From contig JAOZFG010000004.1 in assembly GCA_027491435.1 (NCBI GenBank), forward strand, positions 1 to 64,000: DNA of 64,000 nt. Direction: 5' to 3'. Of the stretch, positions 1 to 10,072 are shown in pieces. The notes below the pieces were generated by a model. The model searched no databases, had not been told where the DNA came from, and was given only the letters and a program-made list of their open reading frames with translations. The stretch comes from Thermoproteota archaeon (GTDB taxonomy: Archaea; Korarchaeota; Korarchaeia; Korarchaeales; Korarchaeaceae). Numbering within the stretch: position 1 is the first letter of the stretch; each line of letters opens with the position of its first letter. The position numbers and the translations under genes are program-made.

Positions 1-252
1 CCTGGCTAACTGAGCCACGGTGGCCTTCCTGGTATCTACCCCATCCACCAAAACCCTGCCCTTCATCTCCCCCTGGTAGAAGTGAGGTATCAGCCCGTTG
101 AGCAGCCTGAGCAAGGTGGACTTACCGCTTCCACTTCTACCGACCACGAGTATAAAATCCCCCTCATTTATCTCCAGACTAACGTCTAGGAGCGACGGTT
201 TTCTGTTCCCTTCGTATGTGAAGCTCACTCCCTCTATTTTCACTAGCGCCAT
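1..252 (-). CDS. ECF/ABC transporter ATP-binding subunit (N-terminal part; runs off window start)
   Basis: Manual translation from ATG at 252: [15 protein letters not shown]...[22 protein letters not shown]; Walker A plus the LNGLIP motif typical of EcfA/CbiO; not in ORF track. Confidence 0.85.
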   Translation of the reverse strand, partial: MALVKIEGVSFTYEGNRKPSLLDVSLEINEGDFILVVGRSGSGKSTLLRLLNGLIPHFYQGEMKGRVLVDGVDTRKATVAQLAR

Positions 253-314
253 CACTCAACCTGAGACACGGTAAAGATTATAATACCACCTGATGTAGGT
301 AGCTGGGATTAGCG

Positions 315-983
315 ATGCCTAGGCGGAGGGCCAAGAGGAAAAGGGTAAGTAAGACTTGGTACCAAGTCTACGCGGACGACATCTTCCCCGGACAATGGAT
401 CGGGGAAACCCCAGCTAACGACCCAGAGTCACTCATTGGGAGAAATGTGGAGGTCGTACTGAGGGACATTACGGGCGACTTCATGCATGAGAAGTACAAG
501 CTCTGGTTCAGGATATACAAGGTCGATGGGGTAAAGGCCTACGCAAGGTTTGAGAAGGAGATGCTCAACAGGGATTACCTGAGAAGCATAGTACAGAGGA
601 GGAGCAGCAGGATTGACGTTATGACCGACAGCAGGACCAGGGATGGACATGACGTGAGGGTGTTCACCATAATAATAACGGCTGTAAGGATAAGGAACAG
701 TCAGAAGCACGCGATAAGGATGAGGGTCGATAACTTGCTTAAACAGGTGATACCTGAACTAACCTTAGAAGACCTGGTCAAATCTTACCTGTTTAACGAG
801 CCCAGACCCATAATCGATGAGATAAAAAGGGTTTCCACTAAAGTGGCCCCTATAAAGTACGTTGAGCTTAGGAAGCTCCTCCTCATGAAGAGAGGAGAGG
901 GGGAAGTGTCTAAACCCGCTCCTGAAGAGGAGGAGTTAGTTGAAGGCAGTGTTGCTGGCGGCGGGGGAGGGGAAGAGGCTTAG
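315..983 (+). CDS. rps3ae: 30S ribosomal protein S3Ae (eS1)
   Basis: K.WY.V.A, IGETPA.DP..LIGR.VEV, DYLRS.V.RRSS.ID motifs. Confidence 0.95.
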   Translation: MPRRRAKRKRVSKTWYQVYADDIFPGQWIGETPANDPESLIGRNVEVVLRDITGDFMHEKYKLWFRIYKVDGVKAYARFEKEMLNRDYLRSIVQRRSSRIDVMTDSRTRDGHDVRVFTIIITAVRIRNSQKHAIRMRVDNLLKQVIPELTLEDLVKSYLFNEPRPIIDEIKRVSTKVAPIKYVELRKLLLMKRGEGEVSKPAPEEEELVEGSVAGGGGGEEA

Positions 984-1968
984 GCCTGCCACCCTCTCCA
1001 GGCCGAAACCCTTTCTTCCCATAGCTGGCACTACCTTATTTCACCATAACTTGTCTTGTTTAAGGAGAGCCGGCGTCACAGATTTTCTGGTTGTTGTAAA
1101 CTACATGAAGGACAGGGTTACTAAAATCCTAGAAAGGGATGGGCTCTCTTGGATTGATCAGGGAGAGCCCATGGGGACTGGACATGCCGTGATGGTGACT
1201 AGAGGGACGATGAGCGGGAGATTTTTTGTATCATACTCCGACGTCTACCTCCCCTGCGGGGTCTTTGAGAAGGCCTCAAGGTCTGCCTCCGACTTCGTGG
1301 TGGTCGCGGCAGAAGTGGAGAAGCCCTGGGAGTTCGGTGTCATACTCTTAGAGGGTGGTAAGTTCAAGGGCATCATTGAAAAACCTAGAAAAGGAGAGGA
1401 GCCCAGCAACCTGGTGGTAGCAGGCCTGTTCGTGTTTAACGAATCCATATACGACTACCTAGACAGAATCTCAGTGTCCCCTAGGGGGGAATATGAGCTG
1501 ACCGATGCTATAACTCAAGCTTCCAAAGAAGTTAACGTGGAAGTGATTATCTCCCACAAGTGGGCGGACGCTGGTCGTCCATTCGACTTCTTAAGGGTTC
1601 AGAGGTTCATGATGAATGGGGTCCAGGTGCACGAGACTTCAGAGGTGAGGGGTTCTAAGATAATCCCTCCAGTGATAATAGGGCCTGACGTTAGGGTTGA
1701 GGGCTCGGTACTGGGCCCTTACGTTTACTTGGAAGGGAGTAATGAGGTGATTGACTCCGAGCTTTCAGATGCCGTCGTGATGAAGGGATCTTCTATAAAT
1801 TCATCCACCGTAAAGTGGGCCATAATCTCTGACAATAACTTGGTAGAATCCTCAAAGCTACTTCCAGGGCCTGAGGGATTCTCAGCAGTTACGGCCCCTG
1901 ACATATCACTTGAAGGCTGCACCATGAGCTCGGTTAGGGTCTGGTCGGAGGAAGATTGCTCACCTTGA
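940..1968 (+). CDS. Sugar-phosphate nucleotidyltransferase (RmlA/GlmU-like) with short C-terminal left-handed beta-helix
   Basis: LAAGEGKRLRP.T..RPKP, EKP, RGEYELTDA motifs; TTG start after GGAGGAG. Confidence 0.9.
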   Translation: MKAVLLAAGEGKRLRPATLSRPKPFLPIAGTTLFHHNLSCLRRAGVTDFLVVVNYMKDRVTKILERDGLSWIDQGEPMGTGHAVMVTRGTMSGRFFVSYSDVYLPCGVFEKASRSASDFVVVAAEVEKPWEFGVILLEGGKFKGIIEKPRKGEEPSNLVVAGLFVFNESIYDYLDRISVSPRGEYELTDAITQASKEVNVEVIISHKWADAGRPFDFLRVQRFMMNGVQVHETSEVRGSKIIPPVIIGPDVRVEGSVLGPYVYLEGSNEVIDSELSDAVVMKGSSINSSTVKWAIISDNNLVESSKLLPGPEGFSAVTAPDISLEGCTMSSVRVWSEEDCSP

Positions 1969-3156
1969 GGCCACTATCTTTATCACGTCCCTGTGTTTGA
2001 GCACTGTGTCCAGGGAAATCCTTCTACCAGTTCTAACATCTATTCCAAACAGGGCCTTCTTGGCTATCTCGCTATGTATCTTCTCTGCCAGGTCCAAGAC
2101 GGTGGCCTGCCTCTCTAGGAGTACGGCGTCAGGCAACACGTTTCCATCCTTATCGCTGAGCTTGTTTTCGTTTTCCACCGGGAACACTACCTTCATACCT
2201 AACACGTCAAATACGGCGGTCTCTAGAGCCTTCTGAACACCAGTACCTCCATACCTCTTCAGAACCTTCTCCCTAACCATCTCGAGAACCTTTCTCTGGG
2301 CTGGACTGAGCCTTGACTCGTCCACAACTTCGAAATCCTCATCTCCAGGTTCATACCTTATCAGACCAGCTTTCGCCGCCTTTCTGAGTATAAGCTCAGC
2401 TTCAGAGGAAACTGGTATTACGGGCTCCTCTAGGACTTCCCTCATTCTCTTTATATTCTCCTCAGCTCCCTCAACGTCGGCCTTATTGGCTGCTATGACG
2501 AAGGGCTTAGATACCCTCCTCAACTCCCTGCTGAAGGTTAGGAGGTCGTCATCGCTCCAGTTCACGAACTTCTTATCCTTCAACCCTGTTTCAATTAGCA
2601 CCTTGGCTATATCCTCCCTCCTAATTTCTAGCCCAGATAGAGCCTCACTTAACGCTTCCTCAACGCTAGAACCTGAGAGGATCTTCCCCCTTATCTTACC
2701 GTACCCCCTCCTTATTATCGAGGAGATCCACCTCGCGAACTCCTCCTTAACTATATCCACGTCCCTTATAGGGTCATGGGATCCGGGTGGAACGGGGTTC
2801 CCCTCATCATCTGTGGATCCTGAGGCGTCCACAACCACTATGCTAACGTTGGCCCTTCTAAGGTCGTCTAAAAACTTATTTCCCAAACCCCTGCCTTTAT
2901 GAGCCTCAGGCACTAATCCTGCCACATCTAATAGCTTTATAGGGACGAACCTGTTGATCCCGTTACACCATCCGTACTTAGGGTTACACTTAACCCCGAA
3001 TTCAGTACAAACTGACTTTACCCTGACGTAAGCAACTCCTTCATTGGGGTTTATCGTCACGAAAGGTCTATTTCCCCTCTCAGCCTCCACTAAGGTGGCA
3101 GCGGAGAAAAAGGTAGTCTTTCCCACGTTAGTTTTCCCTACGAGGCCGACCAACAT
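1960..3156 (-). CDS. ychF: YchF/Ola1-family ATPase with C-terminal TGS domain
   Basis: [39 protein letters not shown]. Confidence 0.93.
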   Translation of the reverse strand: MLVGLVGKTNVGKTTFFSAATLVEAERGNRPFVTINPNEGVAYVRVKSVCTEFGVKCNPKYGWCNGINRFVPIKLLDVAGLVPEAHKGRGLGNKFLDDLRRANVSIVVVDASGSTDDEGNPVPPGSHDPIRDVDIVKEEFARWISSIIRRGYGKIRGKILSGSSVEEALSEALSGLEIRREDIAKVLIETGLKDKKFVNWSDDDLLTFSRELRRVSKPFVIAANKADVEGAEENIKRMREVLEEPVIPVSSEAELILRKAAKAGLIRYEPGDEDFEVVDESRLSPAQRKVLEMVREKVLKRYGGTGVQKALETAVFDVLGMKVVFPVENENKLSDKDGNVLPDAVLLERQATVLDLAEKIHSEIAKKALFGIDVRTGRRISLDTVLKHRDVIKIVASR

Positions 3157-3221
3157 CTAGCCATCCCAAACTGCTAACTTTAAAAATCAACCTGGCCGGT
3201 CATGTGGTGAAGGGTGAAACT

Positions 3222-3809
3222 GTGCTGGCCGGTAGGTACTACGAGAAGCTCATCTGGAGGAGGCGGAAAGAAGACCCCGACCTCATAAAACTCTGGAGGT
3301 CTAGGCTCATAGAGTGGAGGAGACAACCGGCAGTTGTCAGGGTGGATAAGCCAACTAGAATAGATAGGGCGAGGAGCCTAGGCTATAGGGCCAAGCAGGG
3401 TTACGTGGTGGTCAGGGTCAGGGTCAGGAAGGGGGGGAGGAGAAAGGGCAGGCCTAGGTCTGGCAGGAAACCAGCAGGTCTAGGGGTGCTCAAGCTTACC
3501 CCCGGGAAGAGCATAAGGTGGATAGCCGAGGAAAGAGCTGCCAGAAAGTTCCCAAATCTTGAGGTGCTTAACTCCTATTACGTGGCCGAGGACGGGAAGT
3601 ATTACTGGTATGAGGTGATAATGGTAGACCCTCACCATCCGGCGATAAAATCCGACCCTAGGATAAACTGGATCACCAACCCAGCTAACAAGAGGAGGGT
3701 GTTCAGGGGGCTTACAAGCGCTGGGAAGAAGGCTAGAGGCCTTAGGGCCTTCAGAGGCATACCTCCAGTAGTAAAGAGGTTTAAGAGAAAGAGAAGGGAG
3801 AGTAAGTGA
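3222..3809 (+). CDS. rpl15e: 50S ribosomal protein L15e
   Basis: [42 protein letters not shown]; start set at GTG 3222 after a GGTGA RBS. Confidence 0.97.
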   Translation: MLAGRYYEKLIWRRRKEDPDLIKLWRSRLIEWRRQPAVVRVDKPTRIDRARSLGYRAKQGYVVVRVRVRKGGRRKGRPRSGRKPAGLGVLKLTPGKSIRWIAEERAARKFPNLEVLNSYYVAEDGKYYWYEVIMVDPHHPAIKSDPRINWITNPANKRRVFRGLTSAGKKARGLRAFRGIPPVVKRFKRKRRESK

Positions 3810-3819
3810 GTGAATAGAG

Positions 3820-4299
3820 TTGGCTGGCAAGGGAAGAGCCAGGGTCAATTCCCTGGAGATATCCACAATGCTCTATCCCACCGAGGACCCCTCAAGGGTC
3901 CTCTCACTCTTAAAATCCCTATCAGAATCTGATGTAAGGGAGAGTAAATTCACCAGCCATTACGGATATTCATTTAAGGTTCTAACGGTTACTGTCAAGA
4001 AGCCTAAGCAAGCCTCAGAAGAGCTATCGAAGATACTCTCATCAATGGACGATTATGACTTCTCAAGGTTGATCGAAGGGCTGAAGTCCCACTTAGACGG
4101 GAGAACTTTGTTCATCAGGATTGACAAGCAAGAGGCTTATCTTGGGAGGATAAGGTTGTTTGAGAACGACCCAGGTGGCTACATCAGGGTGAAGGCCTCC
4201 CTCTCGACTAACGAGCTGGAGGAGATTAAGAACCTGTTGAAGGAGATGAGGGTTGCAGTATCACGAAGTTCTAGCGGCTTGGAATCAGAGGCTGAGTGA
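3820..4299 (+). CDS. DUF54/UPF0201-type predicted RNA-binding protein (exosome superoperon)
   Basis: Y.TED..RV, SHYG, RIDKQ.AY.G motifs; conserved position between rpl15e and rnp3. Confidence 0.8.
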   Translation: MAGKGRARVNSLEISTMLYPTEDPSRVLSLLKSLSESDVRESKFTSHYGYSFKVLTVTVKKPKQASEELSKILSSMDDYDFSRLIEGLKSHLDGRTLFIRIDKQEAYLGRIRLFENDPGGYIRVKASLSTNELEEIKNLLKEMRVAVSRSSSGLESEAE

Positions 4300-4882
4300 C
4301 AGCCTGGAGAAAGCTAAGAGGCTGGGTTACTCAAGGTTCATAGCCATTACCGACGGAAACGTTACAGTTCCAAGCGTTCCTAACGTCTTCATGGTCAAAC
4401 ACTGTAAGGAATGGAGAGAAGTGGCCAAGAAAGCCAAGAACACCTTCAACTGGGTAGCGGGTCTACCTAAAAAGTTAGGGGAGGCCAGAGACATGTGTAA
4501 CAGTCGGTTAGTGGATATCATAATAATAGACCCGAGGAGGGAACCTTACTTCGATTACGTCTGTGCCAAATACCTGAAGGAAAGGAATGGGGGCGTATTA
4601 ATACCTATCTCATGGTTATTCAGGAGAGAGTCTTTGAGGAACCTTAGATGGACCTCCTTACAGGCTAAAATAGCTTTTAAAACAGCAATACCCGTAATTT
4701 CAGGTTCTCTAGCCGAAAAACCAGAAGAGATCCCCTCTCCAAGGCAGGCCAGGGCTATTCTTACTGAACTGTTGGGGCTATCCGATGGACAAGCCTTGCT
4801 CTCTTTAACCACGTTTCCTAAGTATTTCTTCTCCAAGGAGAGGGCCCTAGCTAGGAAGGGGGCGATAAAGGGTGAAGTTTAA
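4253..4882 (+). CDS. rnp3: Ribonuclease P protein component 3 (Rpp30 homolog)
   Basis: A..LGY, VDII, P.ISGS.A.....I.SPR pattern; synteny. Confidence 0.75.
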   Translation: MQYHEVLAAWNQRLSDSLEKAKRLGYSRFIAITDGNVTVPSVPNVFMVKHCKEWREVAKKAKNTFNWVAGLPKKLGEARDMCNSRLVDIIIIDPRREPYFDYVCAKYLKERNGGVLIPISWLFRRESLRNLRWTSLQAKIAFKTAIPVISGSLAEKPEEIPSPRQARAILTELLGLSDGQALLSLTTFPKYFFSKERALARKGAIKGEV

Positions 4883-5237
4883 GGTTCCAATCTCACTTAG
4901 ACACAGGAGGAGGTACATATACGTCAGCACCTCAGTTTCCCACAATAGGTTCAGGGAGGAGTTAACCTCCTCTTTAAAGAAACTTTTCGGCGAGGTGGGC
5001 CTTTCCAACACACCGGTGAAGGTTATACAGGATGAGGATGGAATCATACTGAGAACGTATCACGACTCGATGTCTAAACTCTTAGTAGCCATTTATCACA
5101 TGTCTCTAAACGGGATTCAGCTGGAGGTTTGGGGCGTTTCAGGTACCATAAATAAGCTTAGAGAGGGAATAGCTTCTAAAAAGCGGTTAGCTGGAGGTTC
5201 AAAGGTTAGGGGTTCAGAGGACCACGAGAGGGATTAG
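4872..5237 (+). CDS. rnp2: Ribonuclease P protein component 2 (Pop5 homolog)
   Basis: LR.RRRYI, LFGE.G, GVSGTI.KL. Confidence 0.85.
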   Translation: MKFKVPISLRHRRRYIYVSTSVSHNRFREELTSSLKKLFGEVGLSNTPVKVIQDEDGIILRTYHDSMSKLLVAIYHMSLNGIQLEVWGVSGTINKLREGIASKKRLAGGSKVRGSEDHERD

Positions 5238-5316
5238 GCACTGGGCGCGCATCAAGTTAAATAAGGGATGCCCACCTCTACAAATGGACTTCGTAGTAGG
5301 TCCAAGGGGTGGACAA

Positions 5317-6033
5317 ATGTTCCCACAAATGACCGGCTATGATAGAGCCATAACCGTATTCAGCCCTGATGGAAGATTGTTACAGGTTGAGTACGCTTTA
5401 GCGGCTACCAGGAGGACCCCCATAGCTGTGGGGATAAAGTGCAAATCCGGAGTAGTGCTAATGGCGCTCAAGAAGCACGTTTCCCCATTGGCAGCCCCTC
5501 CTGAGAAGATTTACCAGATAGACAGACATGTAGGCGCCATAGCTGCCGGCCTAGTTGGTGACGGCCTGGTGCTGGTTGAGAGAAGTAGGATAGAGGCCCA
5601 GTACAACAAGATCATTTACGGGGAGCCTATAACGGTGAAGAGCCTAGCCAGGAAGATAGCTGTCTTCAAACAACAGTATACCCAGTACGCCGGCTTAAGG
5701 CCATTCGGCGTGATGATGATATTCGGAGGAGTTGACGATCAACCAGAGCTCTACGTTACTCACCCAGGAGGTGCTTTCTTCAGCTACAAAGCCTTTGCCG
5801 TTGGTAAGAACTCAGATAAAGTTAATGAGTCGTTTAAACAGATGTACAATCCTGACATGACTCTGGAGGAGTGCCTAACTTTCATCCTCAAGCTGGTGAT
5901 CCCCCTGGAGGAAGGGGAGGTAACCTCAGATTCGTTTGAAGTGGCCTTCATAGGGGTGGATGATAGGCAGTTTAGGAAGCTATCGCCGGAGGAGATCGCC
6001 CCCTACTTTGAGAAGGCTAAGGGGGGTGAATGA
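5317..6033 (+). CDS. psmA: Proteasome subunit alpha
   Basis: GYDRAITVFSPDGRL.QVEYA, RPFGV; start moved to ATG 5317 after GGGGTGG. Confidence 0.97.
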   Translation: MFPQMTGYDRAITVFSPDGRLLQVEYALAATRRTPIAVGIKCKSGVVLMALKKHVSPLAAPPEKIYQIDRHVGAIAAGLVGDGLVLVERSRIEAQYNKIIYGEPITVKSLARKIAVFKQQYTQYAGLRPFGVMMIFGGVDDQPELYVTHPGGAFFSYKAFAVGKNSDKVNESFKQMYNPDMTLEECLTFILKLVIPLEEGEVTSDSFEVAFIGVDDRQFRKLSPEEIAPYFEKAKGGE

Positions 6034-6713
6034 CCCTGCCTGAGCCTATAATAGCTAGGATTACCCGGAAAGGGAAGAGATACGAGATCTTCGTCTATCC
6101 TAATAAGGCCTATGACTTTCTAGAGGGTAAGAAGGTGGACGTCAGGGACATAGTGGCCGTAGAATTCGTCTTCACTGACGCTAGAAAGGGGATCAAGGCC
6201 TCAGCTTCGGACCTTGAGAAGGCCTTTGGGACGACGGACGTTTACAAGATAACAGAGATAATCCTGAAGGAAGGGGAAGTGCAGCTCACAGCCGAGTATA
6301 GGAAGAAGCTTCAAGAGGAGAAGTTCAGGTGGATAGTTAATTACATCCACAAGAACTTCGTCGACCCACAGACGAACATACCCCATCCAGTATCCAGGAT
6401 AGAGAAGGCCATGAAACAAGCGAAGGTTAAGATAGACCCTCTAAAGGAACCAGAACAACAGGTGAAGGACGTGGTGGAACAGTTAAGGAAAGTACTTCCG
6501 CTTAAGAGCGGAAAGGTGAGAATGAAGGTGACGGTGCCTGCTTCCACGTGGGCCAAGGCAAGGAAACTCTTGGCAGGTCAGGGCGACCTGCTTGAGGAGA
6601 GGTGGTCTGAGGACGGTAGCTCAGTCATCTTCTTGGTTGAAATTCCTGTGGGGTCGCAGATGTTGGTGTTAGAAAGAGTGGGAGAGATGGGAGGACATGT
6701 CGAAATTGTTTAA
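6030..6713 (+). CDS. Ribosome maturation factor SBDS/Sdo1
   Basis: F.DARKG.KAS, FGTTD, GE.QLT.EYR, DP.T..PHP..RIE.AM. Confidence 0.95.
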   Translation: MTLPEPIIARITRKGKRYEIFVYPNKAYDFLEGKKVDVRDIVAVEFVFTDARKGIKASASDLEKAFGTTDVYKITEIILKEGEVQLTAEYRKKLQEEKFRWIVNYIHKNFVDPQTNIPHPVSRIEKAMKQAKVKIDPLKEPEQQVKDVVEQLRKVLPLKSGKVRMKVTVPASTWAKARKLLAGQGDLLEERWSEDGSSVIFLVEIPVGSQMLVLERVGEMGGHVEIV

Positions 6714-7395
6714 AGGGGAAATATACGTACAGGATAAGGAGGTGGTCGTACCAGGACAGCCTCTGGCGAGGGGGCTCAAACCAGGGAAGAACGTTTACGT
6801 AGACGAGGATAAGGTCATTAGGGCTAAGAAGATAGGCTTGGTCTCCATAAAAGATGACGGGGAAGTTAACGTCGTTCCCCTAGCCGGGGCTTACATGCCT
6901 AAAGAGGGAGACATAGTGATAGGCATAGTGAGCAAGATAAGCGGCTCCACAATACTGGTAGACATAAAGGCTCCCTACCAAGGAGCAATACCCATTCCTA
7001 GGGGGAGGGCCGCTGAGAGGGTTGACATCTTCAAGTACGACTTGAAGCCCGGGGACGTGATCCTGGCCAAGGTCAAGTCATTTGACGGCTCGTCATCCCT
7101 GTTGCTGACCATAGACTTGGAAGGTCTGGGCAAGCTGGAGGGGGGCATAGTCATTGAGGTACAGCCGGCCAAAGTTCCTAGGATAATAGGGAAGAGGCAG
7201 TCCATGCTTAACCTGCTCAAGGAGAAGACTAAGAGCGACATCATAATAGGGAACAATGGAAGGATATGGGTTAAGGCCCCCTCCCATAAGGAGCTGACGG
7301 CCTTAGAAAAGGCCATAAGGGAGATAGAGGAGGAATCTCACGTTTCTGGGTTAAGCGATAGAATATCAAGCCTGTTAGATAGGGAACTCGGTTGA
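6697..7395 (+). CDS. rrp4: Exosome complex RNA-binding protein Rrp4
   Basis: VVPG, Y.P..GD.VIG.V (S1), P.KVPR.IG (KH), G.NGRIW. Confidence 0.95.
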   Translation: MSKLFKGEIYVQDKEVVVPGQPLARGLKPGKNVYVDEDKVIRAKKIGLVSIKDDGEVNVVPLAGAYMPKEGDIVIGIVSKISGSTILVDIKAPYQGAIPIPRGRAAERVDIFKYDLKPGDVILAKVKSFDGSSSLLLTIDLEGLGKLEGGIVIEVQPAKVPRIIGKRQSMLNLLKEKTKSDIIIGNNGRIWVKAPSHKELTALEKAIREIEEESHVSGLSDRISSLLDRELG

Positions 7396-7407
7396 AGAGG
7401 TGATTTC

Positions 7408-8160
7408 ATGCCCTTATACGTCGAGAAAAAGCCTGAAAGGCTTATAACTGAGGAAGGCGTGAGGACCGACGGAAGGCTCCCACACGAGATCAGGCCAATC
7501 AGGATGACTGTGGGGGTCTTGGAGAGGGCTGATGGCTCCGCCCTCGTTGAATGGGGAGGAAACAGGATTTTAGCTGCCGTATTCGGGCCGAGGGAGGTTC
7601 ACCCAAAACACCTGATGCTCCCGGACAAGGCCTTAGTTAGGGCGAGGTACAACATGGCTCCTTTCTCCACGCCAGAGAGGAGAAGGCCAGGTCCAGACAG
7701 GAGAAGCGTCGAACTGTCTAAAGTCATAAGGGAAGCCCTAAAACCGGCTATATTCGTTGAGAATTACCCAGGAGCGGTGATAGACATCTTCGTGGAGGTG
7801 CTCAGATCAGACGCTGGAACTAGGGTGGCTGGAGTCACAGCCGCCTCTCTAGCATTAGCTCATGCCGGTATAGCTATGAGGGGGTTAGTAGCCGCCTGTG
7901 CCGCCGGAAGGGTAGGGGAATTCGTTGTCTGCGATCCAAATCACGATGAGGACATGTGGGGTGAAGCCGACATGCCCATGGCTATGATGATGGAATCCAG
8001 GAAAATAACCCTCCTCCAAATAGATGGACCGATGACCCCTGAACAATTCGAAGAAGCCCTCAACATGGCTAAGAGGGGGATAGAATTCGTCTACGAGCTA
8101 CAGAAGGAGGCGCTAAAGAGGCCTTACGTGTTGGTGGAGAGGAGAATACGGGGTGTTTAG
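7408..8160 (+). CDS. rrp41: Exosome complex exonuclease Rrp41
   Basis: R.DGR...E.RP, ADGSA, GPREVHP, Y.MAPFS, D.GTR; RNase PH fold. Confidence 0.97.
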   Translation: MPLYVEKKPERLITEEGVRTDGRLPHEIRPIRMTVGVLERADGSALVEWGGNRILAAVFGPREVHPKHLMLPDKALVRARYNMAPFSTPERRRPGPDRRSVELSKVIREALKPAIFVENYPGAVIDIFVEVLRSDAGTRVAGVTAASLALAHAGIAMRGLVAACAAGRVGEFVVCDPNHDEDMWGEADMPMAMMMESRKITLLQIDGPMTPEQFEEALNMAKRGIEFVYELQKEALKRPYVLVERRIRGV

Positions 8161-8967
8161 ATGTTGGAGTCGGAGTCAGTGGTTAACACCCTGCTCAGGG
8201 ATTACCTTTACGATCTGGTCAAGGAGGGGAAGAGGTTAGATGGTAGGACCTTTGACGAGATAAGGCCCATAGAGGTTAAGGAAGGCACCTTCACCAAATC
8301 AGAGGGAGAGGCCTGGATAAAGCTGGGCAAGACCCAAGTCTTAGTCGGGGTCAAGTTCGACGTGGGAGAGCCATTCCCTGATACCCCGGATAAGGGGGTT
8401 TTAGTCACCAATGCCGAGCTCCTGCCCGTAGCCTCACCGACGTTCGAGCCAGGCCCACCTAACGAGGATGCTATAGAGATATCTAGGGTGGTAGACAGGG
8501 CTATAAGAAGCGCTGATGCCGTTGACCTGAACAACCTGGTAATAAAGGAGGGAGAGCTGGTTTACATGATATTCCTAGACATGTACGTCCTAGACCACGA
8601 CGGAAACCTTGACGACGCGTTGACCATAGCTAGCCTGATAGCCCTAGGGAGGGCCAAGTACCCCAAAGTAATCTATAAAGGTGACGGGGACGTAGAGGTC
8701 TTGGATGAGAAGGAGAGCCTTGTCCTGAAGGACCTTCCCATAAACTTCACGTTCGTCAAGATAGGGGACGCCTTACTTCTAGATCCTGTGTTGGAGGAGG
8801 AGATGGTCGCGGAGGCCTCGATAACCATTGCTATAAATCAGGAGGGTAAGGTGTGCTCAATACAGAAGAGGCACGGGTACTTTACCATGGAAGAGATTAA
8901 AAAGGCAGTTGAGATAGGACGAAGTAAGTGGACCGATGTGGCTAGCGTGATAAGGAGGGAGATATGA
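8161..8967 (+). CDS. rrp42: Exosome complex component Rrp42
   Basis: R.DGR, PFPDTP, FEPGPP.E..IE.SRVVDR, LD.DGN. Confidence 0.96.
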   Translation: MLESESVVNTLLRDYLYDLVKEGKRLDGRTFDEIRPIEVKEGTFTKSEGEAWIKLGKTQVLVGVKFDVGEPFPDTPDKGVLVTNAELLPVASPTFEPGPPNEDAIEISRVVDRAIRSADAVDLNNLVIKEGELVYMIFLDMYVLDHDGNLDDALTIASLIALGRAKYPKVIYKGDGDVEVLDEKESLVLKDLPINFTFVKIGDALLLDPVLEEEMVAEASITIAINQEGKVCSIQKRHGYFTMEEIKKAVEIGRSKWTDVASVIRREI

Positions 8968-9197
8968 TGCCAAGAGCTCCTAGATCCAAGCTCAGAACTC
9001 CTAGATACGGTCTAAAGATTAGGAGGAGATACGAAGCTGTCCTGAATAAGGCTAAATCAATCTACAAGTGTCCCTACTGTGGAGCTGTCGCCGTGAGAAG
9101 GGTTAGGCTGGGGATATGGCGCTGCAAGAAGTGCGGCATTGAGTTCACCGGAGGGGCCTGGGAACCCTGGACAGCGGTGGCCAAGAGCGTGGAGTGA
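8964..9197 (+). CDS. rpl37ae: 50S ribosomal protein L37Ae (eL43)
   Basis: RYG..IR, CPYC...GIW.C.KC..F.GGAW. Confidence 0.95.
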   Translation: MMPRAPRSKLRTPRYGLKIRRRYEAVLNKAKSIYKCPYCGAVAVRRVRLGIWRCKKCGIEFTGGAWEPWTAVAKSVE

Positions 9198-9200
9198 AAG

Positions 9201-9764
9201 TTGATCCTGATAACTACTACTAGAAGGCCTGCCAGAAGGACTAGGAGCTTCGTGAGGGAGTTGTATCATGTAATCCCAGGAGCTCATAGGGTGAACAGGG
9301 GCAAGAGCTCCATAGAAGATCTTAACGAGCTGGCCCTCTCCAAGGGCCTCTCCAGGCTACTGATCGTCGGGACTAGGGCGGGTAACCCTTCCTTCCTCAT
9401 GTTTTATTCCACAAACCCGCTAAGGCCCTTACTCCTTAACCAGATAATACTGAGGGGCGTCACCCTCAGAAGGGAATTCACTAAGAGGAGGGCTCCATTC
9501 TCCAGGACCATGGGTATCACTTATCAGGGAGACTTAAGGAATTTGGCCAAGGAGCTCGCCAGGGGGTTCTCCCTCTCAGATCCCATTTCGGTTAACAGGG
9601 AGGAGATACCCAACCTGAAGGGTGAGCTCGACCTAGTCTTACACTTAAGCGGTGGAGGGGAAGTTGTGCACTCCACGTTTTACTACGTTTATCCCTTTCA
9701 CGAGGTGGGTCCTAGGATAAGAATAAAGGGATATAAGGTGTTTGAGGGTGAGGATAGTTCTTAG
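9201..9764 (+). CDS. Brix/Imp4-domain ribosome biogenesis protein
   Basis: ILITT.R.P..RTRSF, NRGK, GNP, EVGP.I. Confidence 0.9.
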   Translation: MILITTTRRPARRTRSFVRELYHVIPGAHRVNRGKSSIEDLNELALSKGLSRLLIVGTRAGNPSFLMFYSTNPLRPLLLNQIILRGVTLRREFTKRRAPFSRTMGITYQGDLRNLAKELARGFSLSDPISVNREEIPNLKGELDLVLHLSGGGEVVHSTFYYVYPFHEVGPRIRIKGYKVFEGEDSS

Positions 9765-9975
9765 AGTTACGGTTAACTCAGATCCAGACGAGCTAAAGGC
9801 CCTTAAAGCAGCGCTCGAACCGGACTTCAGCGATTGGGATATAAAGCTGAATGATAGCTCCTTAACCTTTATAAAGGAAGAGAAGAGCCCATCAAGGGCT
9901 AAAGCACTTTCAGTGAGTCTGTTCAGGGCAATAGAGTTGTTCTACAGCGTAAGAAGGTTAAAGGATAACCTTTAA
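9742..9975 (+). CDS. pcc1: KEOPS complex subunit Pcc1
   Basis: ~75 aa, AL.PD motif, conserved position after the Brix gene. Confidence 0.7.
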   Translation: MRVRIVLRVTVNSDPDELKALKAALEPDFSDWDIKLNDSSLTFIKEEKSPSRAKALSVSLFRAIELFYSVRRLKDNL

Positions 9976-9999
9976 TATGATGGGTCTCCTTGTGTAGTG

Positions 10000-10072
10000 G
10001 GGCCGGTGGTCTAGCGGCTATGACGCCGCCCTCACACGGCGGAGGTCGGGGGTTCGAGTCCCCCCCGGCCCA
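10000..10072 (+). tRNA. tRNA-Val(CAC)
   Basis: Cloverleaf with GGGCCGG/CCGGCCC acceptor, loop CT-CAC-AC, GTTCGAG T loop; TATA-like TTTAATAT at 9971-9978; no CCA encoded. Confidence 0.97.

Noticed and set aside
5272-5315. Hairpin followed by ACA upstream of psmA (H/ACA RNA?)
   Set aside because: No K-turn or bipartite pocket; the 3' arm is simply the RBS and the 5' arm lies upstream of the expected TSS
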